Virus record (IMG/VR): IMGVR_UViG_3300046103_000373
Location: 1-25,766 of that record
Strand: one strand, 5' to 3'
DNA: 25,766 bases
Origin: a virus
Lineage: Duplodnaviria > Caudoviricetes
Below are positions 23,148 to 25,766 of this stretch, in pieces. Within the stretch, counting starts at the first letter, position 1. The number at the start of each line of letters is the position of its first letter. Position numbers and translations under genes: made by a program. The notes beneath the pieces were generated by a model, which saw only the letters and a program-made list of their open reading frames with translations, was not told the origin of the DNA and did no database searches.

Positions 23148-24752
23148 CTAACTAATTTTAATAAATTTCTTAATTGTCCATTCTGCTGACCAAACTTCCA
23201 GAATCATTCCTTCTTGATTAATTAAAACATAAAAACTTTGTTCTAAATCGTCTGGTGATTGAGTAAAACTTTGTTCATTTCTACCTATTCTAAAATACGT
23301 CCCCCCTGTAGGGTTTGAATATTGAAAACTTGGTTTTGGTGCTTTAAATAGATTGCCTTTAAAAGAATCTGTTAAACGAGCCCTAATAACAAATGTGTTA
23401 ACATTTAATTCTGGGGTATCACTTGATAAAATAATAGCTGTTCTTGTAGGTTGCAAATTAAAAACTGAACTATACCCCCTTACTTCTGTTTGTGCTTCAA
23501 TATTTGTATAGCTACTATTTGGGCCAGTTGGTGCGTTTGGATAAGCAGCTTCATATTGAGCTTGAGTCATAAAAGGAGCATTATCACTATTTGCTATATA
23601 CCATTGTTTTGTTCCTACGACTGGAACGTTGGCAGGTTGTGTTAATGCAATTGTACAAGTAAGCGGTGAACCACCACTATTTGAATAACCACTTGAGGGA
23701 ACAGTAACCGTAAAATCTACATTTCTTGAAGTGTCTTGAGTTACTGCATCAAATCCTATTGGACTAAAAGCTGTTATTGTTCCTATATTAGCAATGCCTT
23801 TTCCTATTGAACCAAAAGAAGTAATTGATTGATTTGTTAGTGCTGCAAGGGAACAAGTAAAAGTCGGAAGCGATGCTGTAGGTTGTGAAAATAGTTTACT
23901 ACATTCTATGCTTCCAGAAGTATTACTGTAACCAGTTGGAACTGTTATGAGAAAATATAAGGTAACATTTCTTGCACTTCCAGTTGTATTTGCTGGATAG
24001 CTTGTTATTGCAGAACCACCGCTTGAACTTCTTATAGCTGTAATTGTTCCGCTTAAAATTGGATTTACTATTGTTCCGTTTTGTGCTATAGAACCACCAG
24101 AAAAATAAGTATCATTACAATCGTAAGCTATTTGAGATGTGGTTGTTATTTGTATTGGCTGAGTAGCATCACAAGTTGCAATTTCTCCATCTGTTGCTTC
24201 AACATATAATTTTTTAACTCCTGCTTTATTTTGTGAAAATATTGTTATAGTGCTTCCGTCTATAGAATGTTGAAAATAATCGAGATTGTTGTTTGTAACA
24301 TTATAAGCAGCAATAGGATCACTACCTGCTGTAAAATAAGACGCTAAATTTATACTAACTGAATCCCCACCTGTATCTAATGCTTGATTCGGAACAGTTC
24401 CATTTAATGTAACACCACCAGAACAAACAAGAGCAGGTTGTGAAACAGTAACACTACAGTCTATGGTGTCATCTGAAGCGTTTGAAAAGTTTGTGGGAAT
24501 ACTAATTTTAAAAACTATTGTTCTATTTGTTGCAGTTCCAACGGTTGCATATCTACCATCCACAAAACCACTATCACTTGAAGTGTAAGAAGCTATGTCT
24601 CCATAATCAGTACTTGGAAGCTGAACATCACCAAACATATTAACTCCTGCTAATTGTAAATTAATCAATGTACAGGTTAAAGCTACACTTGGTAATGCAG
24701 GTTCATCATATTTTAAATAGAATGGACTTCTTACATTTATTTTAGTACTCAT
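23148..24752 (-). CDS. virion protein with three Cys-bracketed repeats and an Ig/cadherin-like domain
   Basis: 534 aa, Ser/Thr/Gly-rich; repeats end IPTNFSN..CSVTVSQP, VPTGYSN..CSKLFSQP and VPSSGYSN..CTIALTQP. Confidence 0.7.
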   Translation of the reverse strand: MSTKINVRSPFYLKYDEPALPSVALTCTLINLQLAGVNMFGDVQLPSTDYGDIASYTSSDSGFVDGRYATVGTATNRTIVFKISIPTNFSNASDDTIDCSVTVSQPALVCSGGVTLNGTVPNQALDTGGDSVSINLASYFTAGSDPIAAYNVTNNNLDYFQHSIDGSTITIFSQNKAGVKKLYVEATDGEIATCDATQPIQITTTSQIAYDCNDTYFSGGSIAQNGTIVNPILSGTITAIRSSSGGSAITSYPANTTGSARNVTLYFLITVPTGYSNTSGSIECSKLFSQPTASLPTFTCSLAALTNQSITSFGSIGKGIANIGTITAFSPIGFDAVTQDTSRNVDFTVTVPSSGYSNSGGSPLTCTIALTQPANVPVVGTKQWYIANSDNAPFMTQAQYEAAYPNAPTGPNSSYTNIEAQTEVRGYSSVFNLQPTRTAIILSSDTPELNVNTFVIRARLTDSFKGNLFKAPKPSFQYSNPTGGTYFRIGRNEQSFTQSPDDLEQSFYVLINQEGMILEVWSAEWTIKKFIKIS

Positions 24753-24755
24753 ATT

Positions 24756-25265
24756 TTATTTCTTTAGTGTGTAATCAAAAAAGTCTTCTATGTCTAATCC
24801 AAAAGCCTCAATCAATTCTTTAGGTAGTTTTTCAAATCCTTGTTCAAATGGCTTAGTAAAAAATAACGAAGGCTTGATTCCTTTTTTCTGTATGCTTCTA
24901 GCAAATAAAAATCCTATAGTATTATAATTTCCTTTAGTGTATTTTCCCTTACTGTCTCTTAGTCTTATGTTTTTTAGTTTAGCCCAATCTGCTAGAGCCT
25001 TAATAGGTGGCATCTTAGATCCATAACTAAACGGAGTGTTATATTTTTGTTTCGTTCCGCTAACTCCTTTATCCTGAAACATACCGTAGTATGGCATATC
25101 AAATTTAACAGAGATACTATTGTTCATCTCCTTAACTTGTCCTTCTAGCTGATTATATAGATCCCCTGTAGCCTTCTTACCTGCCTTAGTTAATCTTGAC
25201 CTAGATTGTTGTATAACAAAGTTTTTAAAAGCCTCTAAGACCTTCTGTGTGTTTTCTAGTCGCAC
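24756..25265 (-). CDS. neck/tail completion protein, HK97 gp10-like
   Basis: 169 aa, basic; ATGDLYNQL, YGMFQDKG, GIKPSLFFTKPFE. Confidence 0.6.
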   Translation of the reverse strand: MRLENTQKVLEAFKNFVIQQSRSRLTKAGKKATGDLYNQLEGQVKEMNNSISVKFDMPYYGMFQDKGVSGTKQKYNTPFSYGSKMPPIKALADWAKLKNIRLRDSKGKYTKGNYNTIGFLFARSIQKKGIKPSLFFTKPFEQGFEKLPKELIEAFGLDIEDFFDYTLKK

Positions 25266-25729
25266 GTAGATATATCATTATTAGTTATTACATCAAATGT
25301 TGATGCCCATCCTGCTACTAGGTTTTCAAATCTGTCAATAAATGGTTCACAAGTTGGAGTACTTGTAATTTGGTAGCTGCTTGAGTATAAATTACCACGC
25401 TTCATTTCAATAAATAGTCTGTTCTGTACTTCTAACTGTGTATTCAATACATCCTGCATATTGTTGTTCCCTGCAAATTGATCTACTGTTTCTTGTTTAC
25501 TCTGATCAACTGAGTCCATAGAGAGAACACTTATGTTAAAACTAACTACATTATCTAAGAAGGTAACGTTGTTTACCATTACGTGTGATAGTGGAAAAAT
25601 AGTTTGCTTACTTAAATCTATATCCGTTATATTACCGAACGTAACTGTGTTACAATTTGGGTCCTCCAATAGTTGGGTTTTTATCGTATCTGTTATTTGG
25701 TAGAACGATCTTGTTCCTTGTTGGCTCAT
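25256..25729 (-). CDS. tail terminator-like protein
   Basis: 157 aa, acidic; IKTQLLED..VTFG...IFPLSHV...FENLVAGW; sits among tail completion genes. Confidence 0.6.
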   Translation of the reverse strand: MSQQGTRSFYQITDTIKTQLLEDPNCNTVTFGNITDIDLSKQTIFPLSHVMVNNVTFLDNVVSFNISVLSMDSVDQSKQETVDQFAGNNNMQDVLNTQLEVQNRLFIEMKRGNLYSSSYQITSTPTCEPFIDRFENLVAGWASTFDVITNNDISTCD

Positions 25730-25766
25730 TACTGATTTCTTTTAATTTGTTTAGCTTCTATTTCGT
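25729..25766 (-). CDS. C-terminal fragment of an upstream gene, possibly tail assembly chaperone
   Basis: Reads ...EIEAKQIKRNQ* with a TAATG overlap onto the next gene; product inferred only from position. Confidence 0.45.
   Translation of the reverse strand, partial: EIEAKQIKRNQ

Noticed and set aside
6939-23150. Genome-wide TAG reassignment as in some crAss-like phages
   Set aside because: Long genes are intact under code 11, and TAG falls at natural protein ends (capsid IVLYS*, tail tube TAG TAA, endolysin WTY*).

Overview
AT-rich segment of a tailed dsDNA phage, most likely a siphovirus of a Bacteroidota (probably marine Flavobacteriaceae) host. The host call is inferred from TTTG-N19-TAnnTTTA promoters, the near absence of Shine-Dalgarno sites and a DDLPF SSB-type tail. 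Every credible gene is on the minus strand. In transcription order (right to left): tail completion genes, tail-tip proteins, tape measure, prohead protease, scaffold, decoration protein, major capsid, tail tube, a terminator-flanked moron, portal, head-tail adaptor, fibres, lysis cassette (membrane peptides, M15 endolysin, holin), then NinG, putative SSB, DnaB-like helicase, ECF-like sigma factor and two PD-(D/E)XK nucleases. Nine complete small ORFs and two edge fragments missing from the supplied track were translated by hand. Highlights: a 25-aa CDGSH-type ([2Fe-2S]-motif) micropeptide coupled into the lysis cassette; a related 4-Cys CCDGS peptide in the head module; a bipartite candidate late promoter (TACAA...TCGT(A/T)ATA, 3 copies) that fits the phage sigma factor; a moron bounded by identical 34-bp terminators; palindromic repeats at the late/replication boundary; and a possible overprinted lipoprotein ORF inside the endolysin. 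No database searches were run: product calls rest on motifs, synteny and recalled family knowledge. No rRNA, tRNA, CRISPR array, integrase or terminase was seen.
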